Source: Candidatus Marinacidobacterium sp. (GTDB lineage: Bacteria; Acidobacteriota; Vicinamibacteria; Marinacidobacterales; Marinacidobacteraceae). Taken from it: a DNA stretch of 64,000 bases. The translations under genes were made by a program, and so were the position numbers. The stretch covers positions 1,795,591 through 1,859,590 of the forward strand of contig OZ244986.1 of NCBI GenBank assembly GCA_965223075.1, written 5' to 3'. The notes beneath the pieces were generated by a model. It was not told the origin of the DNA. It did not search any database and was given only the letters and a program-made list of their open reading frames with translations. This document shows positions 1 to 8,141 of the stretch, piece by piece (the stretch's first letter is position 1; the number at the start of each line of letters is the position of its first letter).

Positions 1-700
1 TCCAGCGGTCGCTCCACTCCAGCAGTTGGGTGAACACCTCGATCTCTTCCGGCACCTTGTGCAGCCGGAAGTCCCGCACCAGGAGTTCCGCGGAGACGAT
101 CCGTGACGAGTATTCGGGACCGATGGCGTTCTCGATGTACTCCAGGAGCCCGAGGGTGAGCCCGTCGGCCTCGGGCAGCGTGTAGGAGCGGTTGATTCCG
201 ATGCGCTGCGGATCCCGTTCGGCCACCGCGTCCCGAAGGAACGGCGCCACCCCCTCCGGGTGGTAGCCGTAGTAGGTGGCGGCGTCGTAGAGCCAGGGAA
301 CGATGGCGGTGTTCGGCTGCTCGTGGGATCCGAAGAAGAGCTTCTCGATGCCTTCCTCTCCGCGGTCGAAGAACAGGTACACGCCGCGGACCCCGGGGTA
401 TCCGCCACCCACCTCGTCGTGGAGCGGCTCCTCGTTGTTCTCCCGGTCCATGACGATCCACATGTCGATGCCGTGGGCGCGCATGGCCGGTGGCAGCGCC
501 TCGTCGAGTTTCTTCTGCACGATCGTGCGCTTGAGCTCCCACTGTTCCCGCTCCGAAGGAACCCCGTAGGGATTCGTCTCGGCGGGCGGAGGCGCCGTAC
601 AGCCCGAGAAAAGGAGCAGAAAGCCCCAAACGGCGGCCGTTCCCGCGATCAGGGCGCGGGTTCGATCAGGAACAGTTCCTTCTGCGTCGGAATGAGCCAC
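1..700 (-). CDS. M24-family Xaa-Pro aminopeptidase/creatinase-like lipoprotein, paralog of the next gene; 3' part runs off the window start
   Basis: Minus-strand translation gives a lipoprotein signal (AVWGFLLLFSGC) followed by a sequence ~60% identical to the N-terminus of the 649..2073 product (HGIDMWIVMDRENNEEPLH, YYGY, TLPEADGLTLGL). The only in-frame start is GTG at 700-698, overlapping the upstream gene's end. Confidence 0.6.
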   Translation of the reverse strand, partial: MAHSDAEGTVPDRTRALIAGTAAVWGFLLLFSGCTAPPPAETNPYGVPSEREQWELKRTIVQKKLDEALPPAMRAHGIDMWIVMDRENNEEPLHDEVGGGYPGVRGVYLFFDRGEEGIEKLFFGSHEQPNTAIVPWLYDAATYYGYHPEGVAPFLRDAVAERDPQRIGINRSYTLPEADGLTLGLLEYIENAIGPEYSSRIVSAELLVRDFRLHKVPEEIEVFTQLLEWSDRW

Positions 701-2073
701 TTCACCCCCTCGTCGGTGATCTGCGCCGTCTCCTCGAACCGCGCGTACCAGGTCTTGCCGCCCCATTCGGGAACCGGGATGCTCGCGTGGAACTCGATGG
801 AGACCCACTCGTTCGCCTGGAGCGGGAAGCGGACCCGGTCGCCGTAGGCGAACGGGATGTCGGCCGCGATGCGGGCGCCGATGTCGTGCGCCACGTTGCC
901 GACCGAGTGGCCGTACACCCCCACCTCCGGCTCGATCGTGGTGGTCGCGTCTCCGCCCGCGTCGGGCCCCGTGGCCCGGTAGCCGCGGCTTTCCATCTCG
1001 GCGTTGATGGCCGACCAGGTTTCGAAACCGACAGCCCCCGGAACCATCATGCTCGCGTAGAAATCACCGATCTCGTGCGTCGTCCTCCAGACCTCCTGGA
1101 GGCTCTCCGGCATGGCGGTTTCGCCGGGCTTCAGGATGTAGGCGGTCCGCTTGATGTCGATCGCGTAGTGGAGGTAGCGCAGTCCACCGTCAATGCCCAC
1201 GATGTCGCCCGGTTCAAGCGGGATGTCCGGATCGTGAATTGGGAGCAGTTCTCCCTCCCGCACCACCCGGACGGTGCCCCCGCCGGTGAGCCCCAACTCG
1301 AGCGCCCGGTCCAGCAGCCACCAGGAGACATCCTCCGCGGTGGTAACGCCGGTGACGATGTTTTCGGTGGAGAGCGCCTCTTCCATCCAGCGGGCCGACC
1401 AATCGAGCAGATCGGTGTAGATGGCGGTTTCGGCGGGTGTGCGCTGGAGCCGGAAGTCGCGCACCAGGAGTTCGGCCGAGACGATCCGGCTCGCGTACTC
1501 GGGCCCGATCGCGTCCACCAGGAAGTTCCGGAGACCGACCGTCAGCCCGTCGGCTTCGGGAAGCGTGTGCGACGTGTTGACCCCGATCTTCTGCGGGTCC
1601 CGGTCCTCAATGGCTCTCCGGATGTGCGGGGTGAGGCCCTCCCGGCTGTAGCCGTAGTAGATCGTCTCGTCATACACCTGGCTGATGACCGAGTTGGCCG
1701 GCTGTTCGTGAGAGCTGTAGTAGATCTTCTCAATGGTGTCGGAACCGTTGTCATGGAAGATGAACGCACCGCGCACTCCCGCGAACCCGCCCCCGAGTTC
1801 GGCGTGGAGCGGCTCTTCATTGTTCTCCCGATCCAGCACGATCCACATGTCGATCCCGTGGTTGCGCATCGCGGGCAGCAGCGCCATCTGCAGCTTCTCG
1901 GAGATGGCCTCGCGCTGGATTGCGAACCGCTCCCTGGAGTCCGGGATCCCGTAGTCGGAAGCGTCCGGAGCCGCTCGGTCCGACGATCCGGAATCCATCG
2001 TGCAACCGCTCAGGGCGAAAGAGAGCGCCAGCAAACAGCCCGTGCGGACTACAGGGGTCTTCGGTATCGTCAT
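649..2073 (-). CDS. M24-family metallopeptidase (Xaa-Pro aminopeptidase / creatinase fold), lipoprotein
   Basis: 474-aa ORF with a lipobox signal peptide (LALSFALSGC). It has an N-terminal creatinase-like domain and a C-terminal pita-bread M24 domain with conserved D/H/E metal-ligand context (HSVGNVAHD, EWVSIEF). Confidence 0.75.
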   Translation of the reverse strand: MTIPKTPVVRTGCLLALSFALSGCTMDSGSSDRAAPDASDYGIPDSRERFAIQREAISEKLQMALLPAMRNHGIDMWIVLDRENNEEPLHAELGGGFAGVRGAFIFHDNGSDTIEKIYYSSHEQPANSVISQVYDETIYYGYSREGLTPHIRRAIEDRDPQKIGVNTSHTLPEADGLTVGLRNFLVDAIGPEYASRIVSAELLVRDFRLQRTPAETAIYTDLLDWSARWMEEALSTENIVTGVTTAEDVSWWLLDRALELGLTGGGTVRVVREGELLPIHDPDIPLEPGDIVGIDGGLRYLHYAIDIKRTAYILKPGETAMPESLQEVWRTTHEIGDFYASMMVPGAVGFETWSAINAEMESRGYRATGPDAGGDATTTIEPEVGVYGHSVGNVAHDIGARIAADIPFAYGDRVRFPLQANEWVSIEFHASIPVPEWGGKTWYARFEETAQITDEGVKWLIPTQKELFLIEPAP

Positions 2074-2252
2074 CGGGGGGGTGCCTCCAACATCATGGGA
2101 ACCGGATTGTTCGGGCAGGGTGTCTTCGGACTACTCGCAATACAGCCGCCCAAAGTGAAGAGGAGAGCCAGCAGACAGCCGGCACGGAACAGGGGGTTCT
2201 TCGGTATCGTCATCGGGGGTAGCTCCCTCGCGAGCCGCCGTGATCCGAGTGT

Positions 2253-2792
2253 ATGCGGCGCTTTCCGCCCTCACAACACGCTGCTCACCAGCAACCTTGC
2301 ATGCCTGACCCGTCCCGTACCCGGAAGCCACCCCAACTCAGGATTCCGGAACCTCCAGAGCCGACGGCACGCGACCAGGCCGAGTTCGCCCACGCGGTTG
2401 CCGAAACGCCGGCGGATGTCCTCGACGCCGTTGGGGATCTGCCGGCAGCTTCGTCATTCCCGTCGTCCTTCACACTGCTCCGGGAACTTCAGAGCGGTAG
2501 GCGCCGGGTGCGGGACGACAGCGCGATCTCGCTGCGCCAGAAGACCCAGGAGGAGGCGCATCGTCTGCTCGAAAACTTCCTTCGCGCCCGGCAGATTCGG
2601 GGAGACCGCTTCGTGAGCGTGATTCACGGCAAGGGTTACCACTCCCCCGACGGCCGACCCGTGCTGGCTCGGCGCGTTCCCGAATGGCTGACCTCGTGGA
2701 AGCCCGAACTGGTGGCCGCCTGGGGCGAGGCGCGTCGCGAAGACGGCGGGAGTGGGGCCCTCTACGTGGTCCTCGCGTCCACACCGCGATAA
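2253..2792 (+). CDS. Smr-domain protein (YdaL/SmrB-like endonuclease); start codon uncertain
   Basis: C-terminal Smr domain motifs are present: LRQKTQEEA, VIHGKGYHSPDGRPVLARRVPEWL, GGSGALYVVL. The N-terminal 80 aa are low-complexity. Confidence 0.6.
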   Translation: MRRFPPSQHAAHQQPCMPDPSRTRKPPQLRIPEPPEPTARDQAEFAHAVAETPADVLDAVGDLPAASSFPSSFTLLRELQSGRRRVRDDSAISLRQKTQEEAHRLLENFLRARQIRGDRFVSVIHGKGYHSPDGRPVLARRVPEWLTSWKPELVAAWGEARREDGGSGALYVVLASTPR

Positions 2793-2829
2793 CCGCCGAG
2801 GCTTCCGTTACGGCGGCCCGATAGCCCGG

Positions 2830-3645
2830 ATGTCCAAGGCCCCCCGGTCCCGACCCGCGCGAACCGGATGGGATCCTGACCAGTACCACAAGTTCGACGA
2901 CCACCGGTTGCGTCCGGCGCTCGAGCTCCTGCACCGGGTGCAGGTCGCCGATCCGGCGCTCGTTTACGACCTCGGATGCGGCACCGGGACCATCACCCGG
3001 ATCATCGCGGAACGGTTCTCCGCCGCCCGCGTGATCGGCCTCGACAGTTCCCCGGAGATGCTGGCGAAGGCCTCCGCAGAACCGAGCCGAATCGAGTGGG
3101 TCCGGGCCGACATCGCGGGCTGGGAACCCGAGGACGCACCGCAACTCATCTACTCCAATGCCGCCCTGCATTGGCTCGAGGGTCACCGGGCGCTGTTCCC
3201 CAGGCTCTTCGGGTATCTCGCCCCGCGCGGTTGTCTCGCGGTCCAGATGCCGCTCAGTCGCTCCCAGCCGTCCCACGTGTTGATGTGCGAGACCCTGGCG
3301 AACGGCGGCGTAGGCGGCTCGCCGCTGGGCGACGAAGCACTGGCGATTGCCGCCGCGCGCGAGTGGGTACTCGATTCCGATGCGTACTACGATCTGCTGG
3401 CGCCCCACGCGGCGACGCTCGACATCTGGGAGACCGAGTACTTCCACCGGCTCGAAGGCGACGATGCCGTCCTCGAATGGGTCAAGGCGACCGGGCTTCG
3501 GCCCGTCCTGAACGGACTGGCCGGCGCCGACCTCGAGCGCTTCCTCGAGGTGTACCGCAAGCGCTTGCGGACGGCGTACCCGCACCGTGCGGACGGCCAC
3601 ACCGTGTATCCGTTCCAGCGTCTCTTCCTGGTGGCGACGCGTTAG
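2830..3645 (+). CDS. tam: trans-aconitate 2-methyltransferase
   Basis: N-terminus MSKAPRSRPARTGWDPDQYHKFDDHRLRPALELL matches the Tam signature (W-x-x-xQYLKFxDER..PA). SAM-binding motif YDLGCGTG is present. The ORF lister extended the start 26 codons upstream; the ATG at 2830 is preferred. Confidence 0.8.
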   Translation: MSKAPRSRPARTGWDPDQYHKFDDHRLRPALELLHRVQVADPALVYDLGCGTGTITRIIAERFSAARVIGLDSSPEMLAKASAEPSRIEWVRADIAGWEPEDAPQLIYSNAALHWLEGHRALFPRLFGYLAPRGCLAVQMPLSRSQPSHVLMCETLANGGVGGSPLGDEALAIAAAREWVLDSDAYYDLLAPHAATLDIWETEYFHRLEGDDAVLEWVKATGLRPVLNGLAGADLERFLEVYRKRLRTAYPHRADGHTVYPFQRLFLVATR

Positions 3646-3699
3646 GGAACGCCGGTGTTCACACCGGCACCGCCCGCCGGAGGCGGGCGGAATTGCGGA

Positions 3700-3990
3700 T
3701 CGCCAATCCAGAACAAGCGCGGGGACGGCTTGGAACGCCGACCTCTGGTCGGCACAGCGGCCCGCAGGGCCGCGGGCGGTTCCTTTCCGTCCGCCTGCAC
3801 AGGGCGCAGGCACGGGGCCCGCAGCGTTGAGAACGGTCTCTGCCACTCCAAGTCACGGATCACGCGGAACGCCGGGATTTCCGCCGAGAAGGGACCACCT
3901 CGGAGCTGGGGGTCCTTCCCGCCGCCCGCCTTCGGTGGGCTGTGCCGACCAGAGGTCGGCGCTCCGAGCCGTCCCCGCGCTTTTTCGCGG
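3700..3990. repeat. Composite REP-like palindromic element (copy A): ~45-bp inverted arms at 3709-3757 and 3936-3984 around a GCCGACCTCTGGTCGGC core
   Basis: The arms AAGCGCGGGGACGGCTTGGAACGCCGACCTCTGGTCGGCACAGC are reverse complements of each other. The whole ~290-bp unit recurs at 38690-38940 with ~90% identity. Confidence 0.7.
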
Positions 3991-4037
3991 TTGGCGGTTT
4001 GAACTCCTCCTGTGACGCTGAGTATCAGGAATCCGGA

Positions 4038-5288
4038 TCAGGCGGTTTCCGTCCAGCGCGACCCGAACAGCACCAGCACCGCCACGACGCGGACCAGGTC
4101 ATCGAGATCGACCCATTCGTCGGGACCGTAGAAATTCCCGGCGAGGGATCCCACTCCCATCGAGGCCCCGCCCCACAGCCGGATCGGGAAGCGGATGTCG
4201 CTCGCGAGGTGCTCGGTGTATTCCACGGGGTGGCTCCCGGTGATTTCGCCGACCGCGTTCCGGAGTCCTCGGGAGAATGGATCGTCCCAGGGAGTCCGCG
4301 CGGGATTCGCGCGAATCCCTGACGCGGCGATCTCGAAGCGAAACGCGTTGCCGGAGCCGGTTGACGGACGCGCGTGATCCTCGGCGGCGTGGCGGATGGG
4401 GGCCAAGATGCCCGCAGCCGTGCGGTCGCCGCGGAACAGCACCCGCAGCCCGGCGTCACATTGCACGGGCGTCCGGCCCGCGGCCTCTCCGGCGACCACT
4501 CGTCCGAGGTTGAGTTCGCAGTCCGCGAGTTCCCCCTGGCGGAGCGCGTCGACCCACCGAAGACAGGCCTCGAGCGCGTTGCCGCTTTCCTCGAACGGGG
4601 CGCTTTCCGGGGTTCCGATCTCTCGGGGCCGCCCGGACCAGCCGGTGACCCGGAACGCCACGTCGAGGACGCCCCGGCTCGCGTTCTTCAGGATGGCAAG
4701 GCCCGCGCCATTCTCGGGCGGATGCACGTAGAGGCAGTCTCCCGCTTCCGGCATCCGGGCGAGAACCGGAAGGGTGCCACGTGCCCCACCGCCCTTCCCG
4801 TGGACACTGACAAGCAGCGGCGCCTGGCCGCCGTGCCGCCGCAGCAGCGCCGCGGCCACCGCCGCCGCCGCGAGACCCCCCTTGTCGTCTGCGGCCCCGA
4901 GTCCATGGACGCGTCCGTTCCGCAGGGTTGCCTCGCAGGGCGGCGAGGTCCAGCCGTCCACGACAGCCTCGGTATCCACATGCGCGAAGAGCGTGAGGCC
5001 CGCGGGGTCCGGAGGCGTGGCGACCAGGTTCACGGCAGCCTCGGCCGCCGGCGGGGGCGGGCTGAACTCCGGATGATCCCGGAGCCCCTCGCCGGAGTCC
5101 TCCGTGGTCTCGACCGCGAAACCGTTCCGCGCGAGGTAGTCCCGGAGCCGTTCCTGCGCATCTCGGGCGGAGCTGCCATACGGGCTCGGCGCCCCGATCA
5201 GCGCCTCGAGGAGCGTCAGCAGTTCGCCGCGGGCGCCCTCCGCCAGTGTCAGGGCGCGGGCCAGGGTCAAGGCGCGGCGGCGGGACAT
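4038..5288 (-). CDS. M20-family peptidase (ArgE/DapE/CPG2-like deacylase)
   Basis: M20 motifs are present: HVDTEAVVDGWTSPP, GLGAADDKGG, and a dimerisation domain. The ORF lister's start at 5915 adds ~208 aa of Arg-rich junk; the ATG at 5288 (MSRRRALTLARA...) is the likely start. Confidence 0.7.
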   Translation of the reverse strand: MSRRRALTLARALTLAEGARGELLTLLEALIGAPSPYGSSARDAQERLRDYLARNGFAVETTEDSGEGLRDHPEFSPPPPAAEAAVNLVATPPDPAGLTLFAHVDTEAVVDGWTSPPCEATLRNGRVHGLGAADDKGGLAAAAVAAALLRRHGGQAPLLVSVHGKGGGARGTLPVLARMPEAGDCLYVHPPENGAGLAILKNASRGVLDVAFRVTGWSGRPREIGTPESAPFEESGNALEACLRWVDALRQGELADCELNLGRVVAGEAAGRTPVQCDAGLRVLFRGDRTAAGILAPIRHAAEDHARPSTGSGNAFRFEIAASGIRANPARTPWDDPFSRGLRNAVGEITGSHPVEYTEHLASDIRFPIRLWGGASMGVGSLAGNFYGPDEWVDLDDLVRVVAVLVLFGSRWTETA

Positions 5289-5464
5289 GGCGCCCGAATT
5301 GTCGCTGAACGTCCGATCCTCGCTCGCCCGCCGCGACCGGACGGTCGCGGCCGGGAGTCCCGGAGCTCCGGCGCACCCTGCTTCGCCCACGACTTTTCGA
5401 CAAATCGCAAAAAACCTGCGACTACCTCTTGAAAACCGCGGTCCGGCGTGTTGAATGTATAGGC

Positions 5465-5869
5465 ATGAGACTACGACCCGTTCCCTTGGCCGCGATTCCG
5501 CTGGCCGTGGTCGCCATCGCGCTGGCGTGTGATTCTCCGGTAAGCCCTCCGGCTGACGCCCCCGCCGCGACCGCGCCTGCCAGTACTGCGGCCAACGTTC
5601 CCACCGCCGCCGCTCCGCCGAGCCGCTCCTCGCTCGAACTCGTCGGACCGGCGGCCCATTCTGTACTCGGCCTCCAGGAGCATCTCGATCTTCACGTCGA
5701 GCAGGCCCGAGAAATCGAGGAAGACTCCGACGCGCGGGTGCTCGAGGCGTTCCGGGAAGCCGGCGCCTCTGAAGAACAGCTCGAGCGCTGGCGGCTTGCG
5801 CAGGAAGAGAGCCGGAACCGGGATTCGGAGCACCTGCGCGAACTGCTGACTGCTGTCTTGACGCGCTGA
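5465..5869 (+). CDS. Hypothetical lipoprotein
   Basis: Signal peptide with lipobox (AVVAIALAC-DSP), an Ala/Pro-rich linker, and a helical C-terminal domain. No recognisable family. Confidence 0.45.
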   Translation: MRLRPVPLAAIPLAVVAIALACDSPVSPPADAPAATAPASTAANVPTAAAPPSRSSLELVGPAAHSVLGLQEHLDLHVEQAREIEEDSDARVLEAFREAGASEEQLERWRLAQEESRNRDSEHLRELLTAVLTR

Positions 5870-5887
5870 TCACCGAAGCAGCTTCGA

Positions 5888-6178
5888 ATGGCACAAGAGG
5901 AACAGCAAATGACATTCACCTCCCGCGTGGTCGTCGTTTCCACGTTTGTCGTCATGCATGCGTTAGTCGTTGTCGCGGGCGCCACCTGTTGCCTGGACAA
6001 CGTGTTGGCACGGTATGACTCCTGCATAGATTGGGCAGAGTACGACGCCATCATTGAAGCTCGCCAGTGTGGAATCACCGACAGCGAGTGTCGGGACAGA
6101 GCGCTGCAGAGGCTCAACGAGAGGAAGGCCGAGTGCCGCAGGACTCGGGATCAGGAGATGAACGAATGCAACATCTAG
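5888..6178 (+). CDS. Secreted Cys-rich small protein (paralog 1); alternative start at 5909
   Basis: N-terminal hydrophobic signal ending VVAGA|TCC, and 7 Cys in the ~65-aa mature part. C-terminus RKAECRRTRDQEMNECNI is shared with the next gene. Confidence 0.55.
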   Translation: MAQEEQQMTFTSRVVVVSTFVVMHALVVVAGATCCLDNVLARYDSCIDWAEYDAIIEARQCGITDSECRDRALQRLNERKAECRRTRDQEMNECNI

Positions 6179-6495
6179 GCTGGTTGTCCAGCAAACATCG
6201 GGGGCAGAAAATGATGACTATTTCCAGAGTCCGTGCTGTCTTGGTTGTTCTGACGTTCGTCGCCATGCACGCCGCGGTCGTCTTTGCCGGGGCCACCTGT
6301 TGTATTGATGAGGCGATTGAGAGGGCTGATGCCTGCGAAGATCAGGCGCAGGCCGACTCCCTCGCGGAGGCCGAAAAATGCAAGTGGAAACTTCGGCCCG
6401 GAAAATGCCTCGACGCAGTGTACGAAAGGCATCAGGAGAGGAAGGCCGAATGCCGCAGGATCCGGGATCAGGAGATCGCAGAATGCAATATCTAG
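6166..6495 (+). CDS. Secreted Cys-rich small protein (paralog 2)
   Basis: The ATG at 6166 overlaps the stop of paralog 1. The signal MQHLGWLSSKHRGQKMMTISRVRAVLVVLTFVAMHAAVVFAGA|TCC is followed by 7 Cys and a C-terminal ERKAECRRIRDQEIAECNI. The DNA at the 3' end is near-identical to the 3' end of paralog 1. Confidence 0.6.
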   Translation: MQHLGWLSSKHRGQKMMTISRVRAVLVVLTFVAMHAAVVFAGATCCIDEAIERADACEDQAQADSLAEAEKCKWKLRPGKCLDAVYERHQERKAECRRIRDQEIAECNI

Positions 6496-6971
6496 GATCC
6501 AACCCGAAGTGGAAGATTCTCGCTTTCAGCGTCGGGATGGCCGCAGGAGTGTTTGCGTTCCATGTCGTCCCCGCCGAAAGCGTTTCCGAGGCACTGGAAA
6601 CGCTTCCTGAAGCCGCTGTTGCGGCGGCTACGATCTTTGCGGGAACCTTCGTTGGTATCCTGGTGTGGTCGTCAATCGGCGAGTGGTTGAAGAAGCGAAG
6701 GGAACCAAGTGCTCTTGTGTGCGTCGGAGTTGGGATCTGTTTGGCTCTTGCTTTGCTTGGTGTGTATGCCATAGCTATACACAACTTTCTTGACGGTGTT
6801 TTCGAGGGCATTACGACCCCGAATGGTGAACCTTCCGAGGTTTCCTCCGGGTGGCTCCACGACGTTGTCTTCTGGTTGGCGATATCGCTTTGGAATTCCG
6901 TGGGATACGGATTGGCGGTCAGCCCATCGCGGCGCGCTGAGACCGCTTCCACCGCGAAGCAGCCGATTTGA
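6483..6971 (+). CDS. Small integral membrane protein (4 predicted TM helices)
   Basis: The ATG at 6483 overlaps the stop of the preceding gene. Its N-terminus MQYLGSNPKWK is homologous to the N-terminus of paralog 2 (MQHLGWLSSKHRGQK). Four hydrophobic helices are present. Confidence 0.5.
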   Translation: MQYLGSNPKWKILAFSVGMAAGVFAFHVVPAESVSEALETLPEAAVAAATIFAGTFVGILVWSSIGEWLKKRREPSALVCVGVGICLALALLGVYAIAIHNFLDGVFEGITTPNGEPSEVSSGWLHDVVFWLAISLWNSVGYGLAVSPSRRAETASTAKQPI

Positions 6972-7098
6972 TCTCGTTCGGGCACGAAATATGCTTGTTT
7001 GATCCACGGGTAGCGATCCGGCAGGACGCTCCACGGGGGACCGCATGGAGACTCCGAACTCCGAATGGGAACGCACGGATTTCCTTGACGACGCGGAC

Positions 7099-7110
7099 GG
7101 GGGGGGGGGG
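7099..7110. repeat. Homopolymeric G12 tract ~90 bp upstream of the sigma-factor start
   Basis: Twelve consecutive G residues read directly in the sequence. Confidence 0.9.
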
Positions 7111-7196
7111 GCACAGAGGGAGACCGGCCTTCAGTCGAGTCGCGCGACACGTGCGGGCCCGGCGAGGGTGGTCCCGAGCGGTGCGAGCTCGGCGTC

Positions 7197-8084
7197 TTGG
7201 ATCCGGTCGCGCTCTACCTTCGGGACGCCCACCGGCATCGCGGGTTCCGCGGAAGCGAGCCGCAGCGGTGCCGACGCGCCGCGCGAGGCGGCAGTGCGAC
7301 AAATCGGGAAGGGAATGGCGCCGCACCCCGAAAACGAGTCATCTGCGATGTCGGTCGCCAGCGCATGGTCGTCAGGAACCTCGGCCTTGTCGTCGCCATC
7401 GCGAAGAGCTACCGGAACCTCGGGCTGCCGCTCAACGACCTCATCCAGGAGGGCAACCTCGGCCTGCTGGCCGCCGCCCGCCGGTTCGAGCCGAAGCCCG
7501 ACCTGAAGTTCTCCGCCTATGCGTCGCGGCGGATCCGCCAAACGATCTGTCGGGCGCTTTCCCAGCAGTCGAGAACCATCCGCATTCCACTTCGCCGGCT
7601 TGAACGCCGCCGGCACGCCGCCACGGTGGAGGCGGATGAGGAACAGCGGTGCGGCAACGAATGCTGTACGGGGAACAGGCGCGGGTCTCACACGACGGAA
7701 CACGACGCGCAGGAACTCGGCGTGAGCGTCGAGGAACTGCGCTCCACCATCCTCCTGGCGCCGGACGTGGAGTCGCTCGACGCTCCCGCGTCCACTGACG
7801 GCCGCTCCCCCCTTCTGTCGCTTGCGGACCCGAGGTCCGCGGACCCCTGCGAGACCGCCGCCGCGTCAGAGGAGCAGCGGCGCCTGCGTGCCGCGCTGTC
7901 CGGTCTCCCGGACCGCCTTCGATACATCCCGGGGAAACGCTTCGGACTGGGGGGCTGCGAAACATTCAGCCTCGCCGAGATCGGACGCGAACTCCACCTG
8001 AGCGCCGAGCGGGTGCGGCAGTTGCAGCAGCAGGCGCTCGAACTCCTCCGGCACGATTCCGAGTTTCGGGCGCCACCCGCTTGA
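7197..8084 (+). CDS. Sigma-70 family RNA polymerase sigma factor (group 3-like), TTG start
   Basis: Region 2 (RMVVRNLGLVVAIAKSYRNLGLPLNDLIQEGNLGLLAAARRFEPKPDLKFSAYASRRIRQTI) and region 4 HTH (FSLAEIGRELHLSAERVRQLQQQALELLR) are present. The in-frame stop at 7086 limits the N-terminus, and the only in-frame start is TTG at 7197. Confidence 0.7.
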   Translation: MDPVALYLRDAHRHRGFRGSEPQRCRRAARGGSATNREGNGAAPRKRVICDVGRQRMVVRNLGLVVAIAKSYRNLGLPLNDLIQEGNLGLLAAARRFEPKPDLKFSAYASRRIRQTICRALSQQSRTIRIPLRRLERRRHAATVEADEEQRCGNECCTGNRRGSHTTEHDAQELGVSVEELRSTILLAPDVESLDAPASTDGRSPLLSLADPRSADPCETAAASEEQRRLRAALSGLPDRLRYIPGKRFGLGGCETFSLAEIGRELHLSAERVRQLQQQALELLRHDSEFRAPPA

Positions 8085-8141
8085 TCCGATTCGCGGCGGG
8101 CAGTGCCGGCCGCGCGGCGGCGGCCGGTGGGCGGCACCCGG

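Noticed and set aside
787-2616. Long 'shadow' ORFs on the strand opposite to, or in alternative frames of, real genes. Examples: 787..2616, 6218..7150, 9350..10135, 11051..12067, 15550..16641, 19668..20993, 24025..25533, 25645..27414, 26253..27692, 27425..28837, 27739..29151, 33162..35462, 41005..42264, 41163..42620, 44436..46334, 46415..49189, 60856..62841.
   Set aside because: Their products are Arg/Pro/Gly-rich low-complexity with no motifs. They are typical of ~70% GC DNA and overlap genes with clear family signatures.
4038-5915. 625-aa version of the M20 peptidase and 595-aa version of tsaD (35422..37209)
   Set aside because: The N-terminal extensions are Arg-rich junk. Conserved N-termini begin at internal ATGs (5288 and 36486).
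7045-7506. Possibility that the sigma-factor gene is frameshifted at the G12 tract and really starts at 7045
   Set aside because: The sigma frame contains a complete region-1.2-to-4 architecture from the TTG at 7197. The 7045 ORF product has no sigma-like region. It is kept only as a phase-variation hypothesis.
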